Source of the DNA: Podospora anserina
Taxonomy: Eukaryota
DNA length: 64,000 bases
Assembly: GCA_017654855.1 (NCBI GenBank)
Contig: CM030334.1
Location: 1,054,001-1,118,000 of the forward strand
Direction of reading: 5' to 3'
Both the position numbers and the translations under genes were made by a program. This document shows, in pieces, positions 12,380 to 24,294 of the stretch. The notes beneath the pieces are model-generated. The model did not search any database, was not told the DNA's origin, and was given only the letters and a program-made list of their open reading frames with translations. How positions within the stretch are numbered: the first letter of the stretch is position 1; the number at the start of each line of letters is the position of its first letter.

Positions 12380-12443
12380 TTTTGCGGTTGTAAAGGGATC
12401 TGGTCGGGAAGAAGACTGTTGGAGGTGGTTTTGAGCAGGAGGT

Positions 12444-12468
12444 GATGATGATGATGATGATGATGATG
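12444..12468. repeat. (GAT)n microsatellite
   Basis: Direct reading; in the 5' leader of the secreted-protein gene. Confidence 0.9.
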
Positions 12469-14138
12469 AGTGTTGTCTGAGAAGGTGGGCTTTATACTTG
12501 TGTTGGCTGCTTGAATGTCGGTGAACATTCAAGCCGTTTCTGTATCTTCTGCTAGGCCTTAGTAAGGGCCGCTGGCTCGTGATGCCTTCGCGCCCTTCCA
12601 TGTCGATGAACACCGGACATCTCGGCTTTGCATCATCAGCCTTACGCTGTGGCGAAATGCTTGGTGCTGTTGGGTTCTATCCCACACCCGTACCGGGTAG
12701 CATTGCTGCTAGGACGATATCCCAGTAACGTGGACCTGGGACTAAGGTAGCATGACTCGATGAACCATCGAAACACGGTGAGGACGATGACAAACGCTTC
12801 TTTGGGTGTATCTCGGTGTGTGTCAAGGTATCTCGGCTAGGTCGTGATCTCGGTCCTGCGAAAACCCATGGCAACGAAAGCCTATAGACGTGGTCAGTTG
12901 CGTCTCACCAACTGCGGAGGAGGCGCAAACCAGGAACAATCTCGTCGTGATCGACGATGAATCGGGATTCGGCAAGCATTTGCGTACAATGCTCACCGAC
13001 TAGTTGATTCTTCTAGGTCAAACAAGCGAGACCTTCCAATTGAAGAACATTTGCTTATGAAGGAAGGGACCTACTGACCTGGTACCCAATGGTGTGGTCA
13101 GAACTCGAAGCGCGTATTGAAGTCAGCGGGCGTTCTCTTGTGTAACACCAAAACACGTCTCGATGTTTGGGACTGAAAGAGGCGCATGCTGATGCTACAG
13201 GTCATTTGAGCCTCAGTCGGCTTTACCGGGTTCGGTGCGATTCTTGGTCCCAACCTGAAGAACTGCCATTCGTCAGCTTAGTTCCGAGCTTGATGATAGC
13301 CTCCATTTTAAGTTGAAACGCGCGGTCAATCGTGCACCCATACAGGTTATTTACTTGTATCGAGGCACATAGGAAGCACAAGACTGGATACAATATGCCT
13401 AGGCGAGTGACCAGTAATGACGCCAACGATCCGTGTTACATTTGATAGCAATAGTATATGTACCGCATATGCGGTGGGGTTCCAAACTGGTAGAGACAGC
13501 GAGGTCCATGGGATGACAGGGTCCGGTACATTCTGTTCGGCTTGCCGCGAGGATAGGCCAGTCCACTGCATGCTCGTCACACTGGTCCACTGATTCGCCG
13601 TGCTGATCATTGTAGCCAGAATACATACCCGCTGATGCGCCGCCTCGTTGTAGCCCAGGGGAAATGCCATCATTCTGGGCGTGTGTGATCTGTGGTACCT
13701 CTTAGGGGGGATCAGTCAGTGCCCCATGGTCCAAAGTAGGGGTGATTTTCCATACCTACAGGTAGCCAGCCAGGAACAAGTCCTCCTCTCCTTGCCTTGC
13801 ATCATCCCACCCTCGATATTGAGTACCTTGCCAAAGCTCAGGCCAGCACGGTCCAAAGCGCCGGTTGATCCTGGTCTTCGTCGCCCGGCGTCATCCCCTC
13901 AAGGCCGGTCCAATCCTCGTCGAAGAGGATATTGGTGAGAAAACAGCGTTTGTTGTAGAGGAACCAGGTACTCGCAGCAACAATCACCCACCACCTTGCC
14001 ATGTCGGGGTCTGCGAGAAATTGGGTTTCGAAGATGGGCATTTTGTTGATGATTGGGCTGGCTATTGTCTGATCAGCGATTGGTAGAGAGAGCAAGGCCC
14101 GCGGAAACGCTTACAGCAGGCAAAAGGGGATGTGATTC

Positions 14139-14226
14139 GGTGGTGGTGGTGGTAGTGGTGTGAATAAATAGTAGTAGTGGTGGTGGTAGTGGTGGTGATG
14201 GTGGTGATGGTGATGGTGATGGTGGT
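14139..14226. repeat. Imperfect (GGT/GAT/AGT)n trinucleotide tract
   Basis: Direct reading. Confidence 0.8.
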
Positions 14227-14762
14227 TGACGGACGAGGAAGTGTGCTTCTAGAAAAGTCCAGGGGAAGGCTGGTGGAAAAGGGGGTGGGTGCCTGGTGCT
14301 GCGGCCTGTGTAAGAAACTTCGGGGGCCCGGGCCTGAGCCCATCTCTTCCCCTCACTCTCAAGAGTTGGCAGGTGTACAGGAGGGTCCTGCCTGTTGGGA
14401 ATCCGGTAGGGTTAAAAGCCCGGTAGCCTTGCACCATATACCCACGCACAGGTATCACCTTTATAGATTTTTCATGATTCTGCAAAATCGTTTCTTGATC
14501 ACTTGCTGGCCAACCCTCTAGCGTTCACCAGCGCCACCCTCCGTTTGTGCACGACATCGTTGTTTCGCTGGCAAGCCCTGGGAAGTGCTTGAACACGCTG
14601 CTGAAACCCCCGCCAGTCTCGTTCGTGGACGCCGCGGGCGGTAGCCGGTCACAGCAAAACACAGCAACAAGGAACGTGCCATGGCCCCATCATCATCGGC
14701 CACCATATCGGCCGGTAACATATCATCACGCCAAACATTCAGAGCATAAAATCGCGCCCATG

Positions 14763-14822
14763 AGCTTGTTCTCCCCTAGCTTGTTCTCCCCTAGCTTGTT
14801 CTCCCCTAGCTTGTTCTCCCCT
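14763..14822. repeat. 15-bp tandem repeat AGCTTGTTCTCCCCT x4
   Basis: Four perfect adjacent copies. Confidence 0.95.
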
Positions 14823-17800
14823 CCCTGGTCCACCACAGCGGGAATCTCCTCGGCCGATGGACAGCCCCAGGTTGTTACCACCACTGTTCCGATCCCGATC
14901 TGCCAAATCGGTGGCGGTGAGCTGATCCACCACATGCTGTTTAATTCCTTTTGACAACCACTGATCATCTTATGGAACAGGCCAGATTAACGGTCATACC
15001 ACTCCCTGCGCGGCTCTGACGGTCCGCCCATGTGGGCCACTAGGTCTCTTGCCTCCCTGCCCTGGACCGCCTCCACCCCCGAATTCTACAGCACAATGTC
15101 TACGGTGTCTCTCTATATCCCCAAAATGGCATCAGCACATTCGCTGTATAAGTGCAGACGCGACGATCAAACCCACTGAGCGAGATCCCGCCTTATAAGC
15201 TGAGCATCCCATGAACAAGAGCTGCCGAAGGTTGAACGATATCCATGTGGTATCTGGACGAGATCCCAGCGCCGAGCTGTGGATCGAGCTGCGTCTCGAT
15301 GGTTTCGGAGCCGGATATTGATGCAGTGTTCTTACGCAAGGCCCAATGGAGCAGCCAGATGAGCAAAGCAGGGTAGTATTGAATGGTTACACTTGGGCAG
15401 GATGGCGACCAGGGCTCTAGGGAGGGGGTTGCGTGGTCTTCCTGCATAAATATCTCACTGTACGCTCTTTCAGATATCTCTTCTTTTTGTCGGACCATAT
15501 CATGAGTTCGGCTACTGGATTCAAATCAATTGGCTGGGTTCCAAAAACTCAATTACTTGACTGGTAAGCATGGCCCTGGAGTATGCTAAAATGGACGAGA
15601 AGCCAGGCCTTGAAGTGAAATGTGCTGTCTGCTGTTGTACTTACATCGAAGAGTCAGCTTTACAGGAGGGTTCTGGGAAATGGTTGTAGAGATAGGCCTG
15701 AAGGATTGGTGATTTCGTGAGAGATGGTATCCGATGATGGATACCCGGACAAGACCATATGTAGGACCTTGGGAGCTGAGCATTCCTTGTGCCTGGTGGC
15801 AAAATTTGAACTGAACTTTGTTGGAGCTCTTGCGACAGGCATGAAGTGATCACCACATGGGAAAAACAGCCGTGAACTGGACGAACAAATGCCTAAGCTT
15901 GTTGTAAGTATTTACATTGATAAGTACACATGCTTCTAGTCCTACTGCTTGATATTCTCCCCTCTCCAATATCTCCCGCTCTTTCGTCTCAGTGTTGTGT
16001 CCTCTTTTCTTCCTTCGTGGCATCAGGATACAATACCGACCCAGTGGTACTGCTTGTTGGTCTGCTCGCACGGGAAAGCCCAACACAACCTGAGCCACCG
16101 GCACTGTCTCTCCAACTCAACAAATCCTTCCCATAACCTCCTCGCATTCATCGCGCCTAGTGCCCAGACGAACCGTCTCGCAACAGGGGTCCACTGTCCC
16201 CAATTTAGTTTTCATCTTTGTCCGGGTCATCCGATGCACCCACAGAAACAACCGGACGTTCCGATACCCCTTTGTTGAAGGTGGCGATGCCGTCCTCCGC
16301 GCTCTCTGACGCTCGCCCAATTCCCATCCTCGACCAGGTAACCCGAGACCTACTTGAACACCAGCTTTAAAGAAATGTCGGCAGTGTAGAAGGAAAAGAG
16401 AAAGGAACTGACCAATCTATCACCGATCTCGGAATGACCTCCTATACTCTATACCTCCGCATCTCCAAGATGGATCTCGATCTTGTATTCCTCGGCCTTT
16501 TTGTTCGCACCTGTCACCCCTTTCCTGCCCTTCTTCTTCCTCCCCCCAAAACTCTCCCAGGGTTCGAGTTGGTGAACGGGGTTTCCCCCACACTGCCCCA
16601 AACCGTGGTTTTGCATGTCTGGCAGATAAAGTAGCTGGGATACTCTCCATCTGCACCCGCCCGGGCTGCTAGTCAATCCATCAGCGACGCCTGGTTCAAC
16701 TGGAACTCTCTTGCCGGTGAGATTGAAGCCCTCGCTGTTTAGGATGGGCGTTTTCGTGGAGGCTGGAATGGCCGCTCCTGAGTGTGAAAGACCTTGTGCT
16801 TCACAGGCGTGGCATGAGTGATTGCTTGTCTTAGGCTTGAGTCCACTCCAGATGGTTTTGGCCCTCATCTGGGAACAGAAACCGTGCCCACCAGCCCATG
16901 GTCCGAACTTGACTGCGCTGGCCGCGAGGATGACGGGCCACCACATTGCTTGGGCCAATATTGTGGCTAGGACTGAAGCTAACACGCCCAGCAGAGATTG
17001 AGGATTGAGCGATTGGCCATTGGCTCCGTGCATTCTTGTGAGTGACAAGCGCCGTCCGAAATCTTCGAGCGACGAAATGAAGCAATCTTGATATAGAAAT
17101 AGTCCCAGCTCAGTTGCCCCAATGCTCCCCCATGTCAACTTTCCTTGCTTCATGGGTGGGCTTCTGTTTGAAAGTCTAGGCTCCTTCTCACCCTGGTTTG
17201 AGGTTTGAAGATATCTAGTTACAAGTGAATTAAGTGTTGCTAAGGACTTGTTACCCCTCATCCAGAAGTTAGAAAGCTATACCAACGCTGTTGGTATAGA
17301 AGATGACTCCAAAGACTGCTGTCTCCTTCTTACATAGGTGGTACTTTACAAAGTCTGCATGAATGGATGTTAAGAAGTACATAGAGGAAGCATCAAAAAA
17401 CAACCCATCCCAAATAAACAACAACAGAGCTTTTCACGGGGCGGCAAACACCCGTTAGGTCAAAAAGGACAACACCAGTATTGTCCATCTTCGTTGCTCC
17501 CTCCTAAGTCGGAAGTGCACAATGAACGGGTTCTGAAATACCTCAAAGGAAGGCATTTCGACTGGAAGCAATTACACATAATAAAGAAGGCATGGTAGTA
17601 GTCTCTGGGTGCCGGCAAACTTGAGGATTTCCCAGAATAGGCTCCAAATACGTTTGATAGAATTTGAGATGCTACAGGCTCGAAGGTGGATAATAACTCA
17701 AACTCCCACCATACCTGAAGAGACCTCGATTACTCCAGAGAAAGCATATCGTGGACAGCAGAGAACGAGCCTGCCAAGACCTAGTCGAAAACAACACCGA

Positions 17801-18558
17801 AAAGGAACATCACCCTTGACGATGATATTACTCCTATTGCATCCAATCACCTGGGATCTACCCCAGTCCCTCTTCCCCTTCACAGGTTTCTACACTTACA
17901 GCGTCTTGTGTCGGTAATGTATCAACCTCAGCTACCCGCCAAGCCTAGAAAAGGAGAACGGAAAAGGGGGTGGCACGTGCACAGCCTCGCCAACGCTATC
18001 TGGTCACGGCTAGTAAGAATGAACAGCAAGATTGGGGAGGCACCCCATCGAAGAAGGGCTGTAAGCGGAAGGGTTGATTTGGTCCTCCGATCAGGAATGT
18101 GATAGAATGAAGCGAACATTCCAACATGCGATTCTTCATGCCACTGACTCGCCTCGTGATGTTGCGTCCGAAAAACGCCCGGTTCTCAGTATTGCCCATC
18201 ATAAACACCGCACTGTGCAAGCAAGTCGAGTCCAAAACGCCGGAAGCTCAGTATTGCCCATCATAAATGCCACAGTGTGCAATCACCTCTCCATTGACTG
18301 CAGGGACTGCTCGGATGTTCCAGAAACTCCCGGGTCATACCCAGGAAAGGCGAGGAGACACGGACAGACGGCGGGTCGGGGCGGACCGGACTCGGCCGTT
18401 GCTGGCGGGCAGGGGTAGACGGGGGCAAAAGATTGTAATAAACGAGTGCTGCAAGTAAAAGGTCAGGTAGTCAGTGTCTGTCGAGATGGCAGGAAAGAAA
18501 GAATAGTGGAGTAGCTCCAGTTTGACAAGACGATTCCAACGGCTAGGAAGTGGTGGGC

Positions 18559-18906
18559 TCACGAAACAACGCATTGTACAGGGGAACAAAATACTCCGTG
18601 GTGATGTAGAAAAAGAGGCCACTTACTCATCTTTGCCACCGTCGCGGCCACCTCATCGAGAAGCTCGCGCTCCTCGGCGGTGATCTCTTGGACTTCTCGG
18701 AAGTCCGTGTCCTCCCCGCGAGTGTACCGGATGACCCGGTCGAAGATGAAATCTAAAACGGGGAGATCGAAGTCTCCCCCGCTGCGAGACAGTTCGTCTC
18801 GGCACCAGGTCGGAATCTCACCACGCACCGTTGCCCAAGCAGCGCGGGCGGAGGGGGTCGGAGCAGGAGGCGCAGCCGAAGAGGAGGTGGTGGCCCGGGT
18901 GGGCAT
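18559..18906 (-). CDS. Small hypothetical protein, first exon (divergent from HEXXH gene)
   Basis: ATG 18906 MPTRATT...FDLPVLDFIFDRVIRY...ELLDEVAATVAKM, then GTAAGT donor ~18626; possible acceptor ~18452. Confidence 0.4.
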   Translation of the reverse strand: MPTRATTSSSAAPPAPTPSARAAWATVRGEIPTWCRDELSRSGGDFDLPVLDFIFDRVIRYTRGEDTDFREVQEITAEERELLDEVAATVAKMSKWPLFLHHHGVFCSPVQCVVS

Positions 18907-19159
18907 GATCTTCTTGAAGTTTCCACAACAGAAGGCTCGGTTAGAAGTTGGAACTACAAAGGAGGGCACAGAGTTTGGTATCGGCGATGCCGGGAGAGCC
19001 TGATTATTGCATCGTTTTGACACAGACCAATCTAGCCCAGAGTCTTTGACAAGGAGATACATAACACGACATAAAACCTCTGGTCAAATCCAGGATCACA
19101 GAACGATCATTTGGAGAAGCAACTAGTCTCTCCAACACGGAACGCTCCACCGTCAGCTC

Positions 19160-20097
19160 ATGGCAGCGTCTGTGGACCGGTACCTCACCAAAATCCGGGC
19201 TGACCCCCCTACCGTCATCGTCAGTGACCGGATAGAAGGCGAAGGTGAAACTATTCGCTTGCAGTGGATCAATGTGCTTATAGAAGCCGACTACACCGCC
19301 AAGATGGCGGTGTTTTTCCGACTAAACAAAATGGTGCGTCTTCGCCTTATGTCCACTTACCTATCAACTTTACAAATAGCACGAGCATCCACTAACCCCA
19401 TCGTTCAGATCATCGACAACGCACTCCACACAGCCGGAGAGAACAACGCCAACGAGCTCCGAGGCTTCTTGTTCCTCATGGGCCTGTCCGTTGCACACGA
19501 GCTGATCCACACCTTTGTCGGGTTCCTTACTGGAGATGACGGCCGAGACACGCCCGACAGCATTCGCTATCCTCTCGGCCCAGTCCGGCAGGAAGGAGAG
19601 TCAGGGAACTTCTGGGAAGGAAAGTTGCTTCGCTGCAGGATCCAGGCCTACTTCAACCCGAGAAACCCGCGCGGTACCCGCCAGGTTGGTGACATGGTTG
19701 GGGTCTTCACGACGCAGAATACAGGTCGCGCCGTGAGCGAGGCTGGGATGCATGACTGCTTAGGGCTGAGTGAGTCTCCCTCCACCCCCTTTACTCCTCA
19801 TCCTGATACTAATCATCATCTTCGGACTGGAAAGACTTTACTTTTCCCGTCGATCTGACCGGACCGTCGCAAAACTGCACCAATCGCACACAGATGGAGG
19901 GCACCGCACAGAGAAAGACATGGAAGGACAGACTTCAATATCGCGGTGACTATACGCCCCTCATGGCAGCGATCAACGACATGCCTCTGCATAGGATCAG
20001 CTCCTCTGCTCTTCGTGACATTATGCGAACTGCTGCAAACCCGGCTTACATCAAAGTCCGGGCATGGGCGCCGCGCACGACATGGGTAGGTAGGTAA
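19160..20097 (+). CDS. Hypothetical HEXXH (zincin-like) protein, 3 exons
   Basis: VAHELIH followed by GESGNFWE; introns 19334-19408 and 19770-19834 (ACTAAC/ACTAAT branch sites) join ORFs 19160 and 19894 in frame. Confidence 0.7.
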
Positions 20098-20289
20098 AGG
20101 TGGATTATTCTTTGGCTTGGTCTTTTTGGGTACCTGGAGTTTGGAGTTTGCGGATTTGATCGAGATAGATTGTATTCTGAGATAGTAGGTAATTCAAGTT
20201 GAAATAGCACCGAACTGCTTCTGCCCCTTGGTAACTCAAAAGGTCAGCAACGTCTGAATTCCAAGGTAACAGGGACGAGAAAACCTTTG

Positions 20290-20680
20290 CGGAGCCCCTT
20301 TACTTATCTTACCAGTGCCCCCTCCATACCTATTTACTTGCCCTGCCTATAAGAGACCTTCAAGGGAAATTAATAAGCCTATAAATTATCCGCTAAGGCC
20401 TTTAAACTATCTTTTAAAGGCTTTGAACTATCTTCAAGGGCCTTTTAATTGTTTTTTAGGGTTATTACATATTTTCAGCGCATAACAATTGTTCTTCGAA
20501 ATATGGTTAAATTCATTATAAAGGGGGCGTTGGTTGGATAAATAAATAGAGGGCTCAGTAAAGGTTCTCTGATAGATACACCTAACCACATCCACATCCC
20601 CCTTCATGGTAAATATTATCCCCTCCACTATAATACTTAAGGACCATCCAGCAACCCAATAATAGATATCTTAACCCCAT
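20290..20680. repeat. AT-rich, TpA-rich island; probable RIP-degraded repeat relic
   Basis: Abrupt TAA/TTA/TATA enrichment with few CA/TG dinucleotides, between two convergent genes; boundaries approximate. Confidence 0.55.
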
Positions 20681-20711
20681 CAGAGAGATCCGAACGCCAT
20701 CGCGGTGACAA

Positions 20712-22614
20712 CTAATCAGACCCAACCCCCAAATCATCACTCTTCCCGGAACCACCATCCGTATCAAACCTTGCCTCGTCCATATTTCGCACAAACGTCA
20801 CAAACCACCTCACAGTATGGACATGATTCAACACACTGACTCTTTCATCCACAGTATGAATCTTTCCCAGTCCCACCTCGTCATCAGCGTCGTAGCCGGG
20901 CGCAAATCGAAAGATGTGCCTCGTCAAATTCCAATAAAACCTCGTGTCGGTGTTGCCTGTCATGATCCCAGGGGTAACAATGACGTTCTTGCCGTAGACG
21001 GCACGAACCGTGCCGGCTAGTGTTGTGAAAGGGCTGTTTGTTGAGCCGTCTGCTGGGGTGATGGGGGCTACCTCCAGTTTGTTCACCGTTGACGAGAGGT
21101 GGATCGAGTTGGGCTCCTCTTGCGAGTCATCAAAGGCGTGAAGGGTGAGGTTGTATTTCTTTGCGATCTCGTCACCAATAGAGGTGAGACGGTCCGTAAC
21201 AATCTTTGTGGTCTCGCCGATATTGATACGGTGGTTGACTGTTACCGTAGCGCGCTCGGGCAGAGCGTTGGTTTTAATGCCGCCCGAGATGACGTCCACT
21301 GCTTGGGAGGTTTGCATCAGGTACTTGATTGCTGGGCCTTGCTTGGCGGCTTCGAGCGCGAGACGGTCGGGCTTGTTCCTACAGGTAAGGAAAAAGGAAG
21401 GCTTTTTGAATGCGTTGTCCGCCAGGAGCTTCTTGAGTTTCTTTGGGAAGTTATCCGAGTAGCCGGCGCCGCACTGCAGCTGCGAGTAGTAGGGGTTCTC
21501 CTCGACTAGGCGTGTTGGGTACTGTTCGGACTCGATCTTGGTGATGAGCTCGCTGAGAACGCCGATGCTCGTGTGGTCGGAAGGGATGGAGGAGTGGCCA
21601 CCTGGCATTCGGACGGTGATTTTGACGTCGACGTAGCCTTTCTCGGCTGTTCCGGGCTTCGCAAAGAGGGTGCCCCATGTCTCTTCGAAGCCGGCGCCTT
21701 CGTCAACAATGACAGCGACACCATCCTTGCCGTATCTCTCCTGAAGGAAGGCAGAAAGGGCCGATGCTCCTCGTCTCCCGGATACCTCTTCGTCAAAGCC
21801 AAAGGACAGGATAATCGTGCGTTTGGGTTGAAAATTGGCTTCTAAAAGGAGTTGAAGGGTTTCCAGCAACGCGATGAGGGTGTTCTTGCAGTCAGCAGCC
21901 CCACGGCCCCAGACGTATTTGCCATCATAGGCACCGCTCCTACAAAATGTTAGCAATTGGATTGATGTTTTCCCTTGGCCAAGCCTACCAGGGCGGGTGG
22001 GTCCATGATCCGATCGTCTCTGGTGGCACGGGTACGGTATCCTGATGGGCCATCAAAAGCGTGGGTCTCAGGCTATCGTCACTGCCCTTCCATGTGTACA
22101 GCAGACCATGAGTGTTGACCTTTTCAACCTGCAGTTTCTCGTGGATCAATGGGAAGGTCAGGGCCAGAAAGCCATGAAACTTGAAGAACACTTCCCATCT
22201 TGGATCCCGACCAACTTCACCCATGTCATCGAAAGATTCTGTCTTTATCTGGACAGCGCGGGAAAGACGGTCAACGCTGGCGTTCCTGAACGCGTCGCCC
22301 TCGATGATGTCAACGAGCTTGTCGAGGTCTTCGTTTTTGGCAGGGAAGTGCGGTTCTGGTTGGGTGCATTGATCCTTGAAATCGGGCTCACGGAGGAAAA
22401 CAAATAGGAGTGGGCGGTCCACCAGAATTGAGAGACCGCACAAGGCCAGGACGAAACCCCAGAGAATATACCAACACGAAGTCTCCCTGGTGGCGATGCG
22501 CATTCTATTTTGGCGCGCGTGTGTTGGAGGGGGAGACAGATGCTGTCTGTCGGCCATGGCTTCGCGCGTCTTTGCAGACGCTGTCTCCAGCTTTTCGTAC
22601 ATGTTGTCTGCCAT
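20712..22614 (-). CDS. M20 Gly-Xaa carboxypeptidase (CPS1-like), 2 exons
   Basis: N-terminal TM; LLMAHQDTVP, WGRGAADCK, FGFDEEVSG, DEG, GGHSS, GNTDTR, IHTVDE; intron 21940-21988. Confidence 0.93.
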
Positions 22615-24294
22615 TTTTGTTGCTGATGACGGTGATGGCGATGAATGGATGGAGGAACAACGATGATGTGTGGCGGGTGAGATGACGCTTGAGACGCTGT
22701 GGGGCCCCTGAATCGCCGCTGAGCGGGGATAGTGAATCAATTGCCGAACTATTTGTCGTCAATGAAACGGTGCTGTCCAATCATATCACTCAATTCATGC
22801 TACGAGGTGGGCGAAGGGATAACAAACAGCAACGAGTAGCCATTAACGTGAGATGTTTTGCAGGTAGATTTGTCATCAGCTATCATTTACCTAGAGAAAG
22901 AATTTACCTCAGGCATGATATCGCAAGCTGTGAAGCTTTATACCAAGAAATATGTTTATAAGCTCTTGCTTCTGAAAGTTATGAAACATCATATATAGGA
23001 TTTGGCATGGCTTCATGACATGACCTCGGCACGGCATTATTTCAACATTTACAAATCGAGAACTCATGAAGCGAGGGGGCTCAAGTGTGATAACCAGACT
23101 GCCAGTCCATGAGAGCTTGTTCACTCTTATGACCATCAACCACCTCCTAGCAGTCCGACTGAGCAATAAGCAGGACCTGCCTAGTCTAACCACGGTGCCG
23201 GAGCTCATGCTTGCCCCTTGAGCGGGCTTCGCACAGTGTGAAGACCAAATGGGCTTGACCACTGGCAAGCAGAGAGCACTCGCCGAGAGCCGAGAGCAAG
23301 CTGGATGACCCGGACGTGCATCTGCCTTTCTTGCAAGCCCTAGGTACGTACCTACTAGGGTAGGAAAGAAGGTCAGTCACCGATTACACTAGGGCATTCC
23401 ATTGCTTTCCCCACAAAATTGCAACCACCCCTCGCACCCTTTCCCTCGCACCTTTGTCCCACTCAACCTACTCGTCTTCCTCTCTCTCCTCTTCTACATC
23501 AACAACGCAACATGCCACAAGCCTCAAGTTCTTGATCCGGGCACTCTCTCAGCATCCGTCGTTCGTGAACCTGCTATTTGCAGTGCCGAGGTGAGACATT
23601 CCTGTACTATCTCCTCGACGGAAAGGAAGATGCTGACGACTAGCCTGTCTCCAGACCACGACAGACAATGATTTGCCCCTCGTGTTTCCAGGAGATCATC
23701 ATTCAAAAGAGCGACATCAACCAGATCATGCCGCGGATGGAGAAGCAAGCATTTTCCCGGCCATCGTTGCATTGCTGAACCCATCGCAACTCACAATGTC
23801 CTCCGGTGCTTGACGCACACCCTCGAGCTGTGGACGCCTCGGAGCAGCGGGATCGACCTCCATCGCCTGGGGGCCAGGAAGGGGCTGATCAAAGAGTCCC
23901 AGCCAAAGTTGTGGGTCCCTCGGTACACTAGTCAGGTCCGAGGTGGTGTGGGAAGGGGAAGCCAGCTTGCCTCGCGGAAGTGGCGTGTACATGTACAAGA
24001 GGAGGACAGGATGATTTTGGGGTATTGTGTTAGAAAGTAGGAGCATCATGTATAATCGACTACTATCATTCACTTGGCCCTCTAGATCCTTCCACTGCCT
24101 TTCGTGATGTTTTGGATTGCTTGTTCTTTGTTGGAACCTAGGTAATCGCCGAGTAGTGCCTAGAAAACAAGCAGCACCCCACCCCTCCAAAGGCGGCCAC
24201 ACCACGTGATCGACTCAGGGGCCATTCATTTCCACGAACGCGCTATTCTGTTCCTCATCTCAACTTCACATCACCAACCATCCATTCACCCACC

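Noticed and set aside
13347..14095. Short minus-strand ORFs (MPIFETQFLADPD...)
   Set aside because: Possibly a relic, but no recognisable family or consistent splice model.
14763..14822. CRISPR-like array
   Set aside because: Adjacent repeats with no spacers, in eukaryotic context.
17460..17500. Resemblance to a 5S rRNA end (also GCTGGTCGTGACC near 57621)
   Set aside because: Only ~10-13 matching bases; no full 5S or tRNA structure seen.
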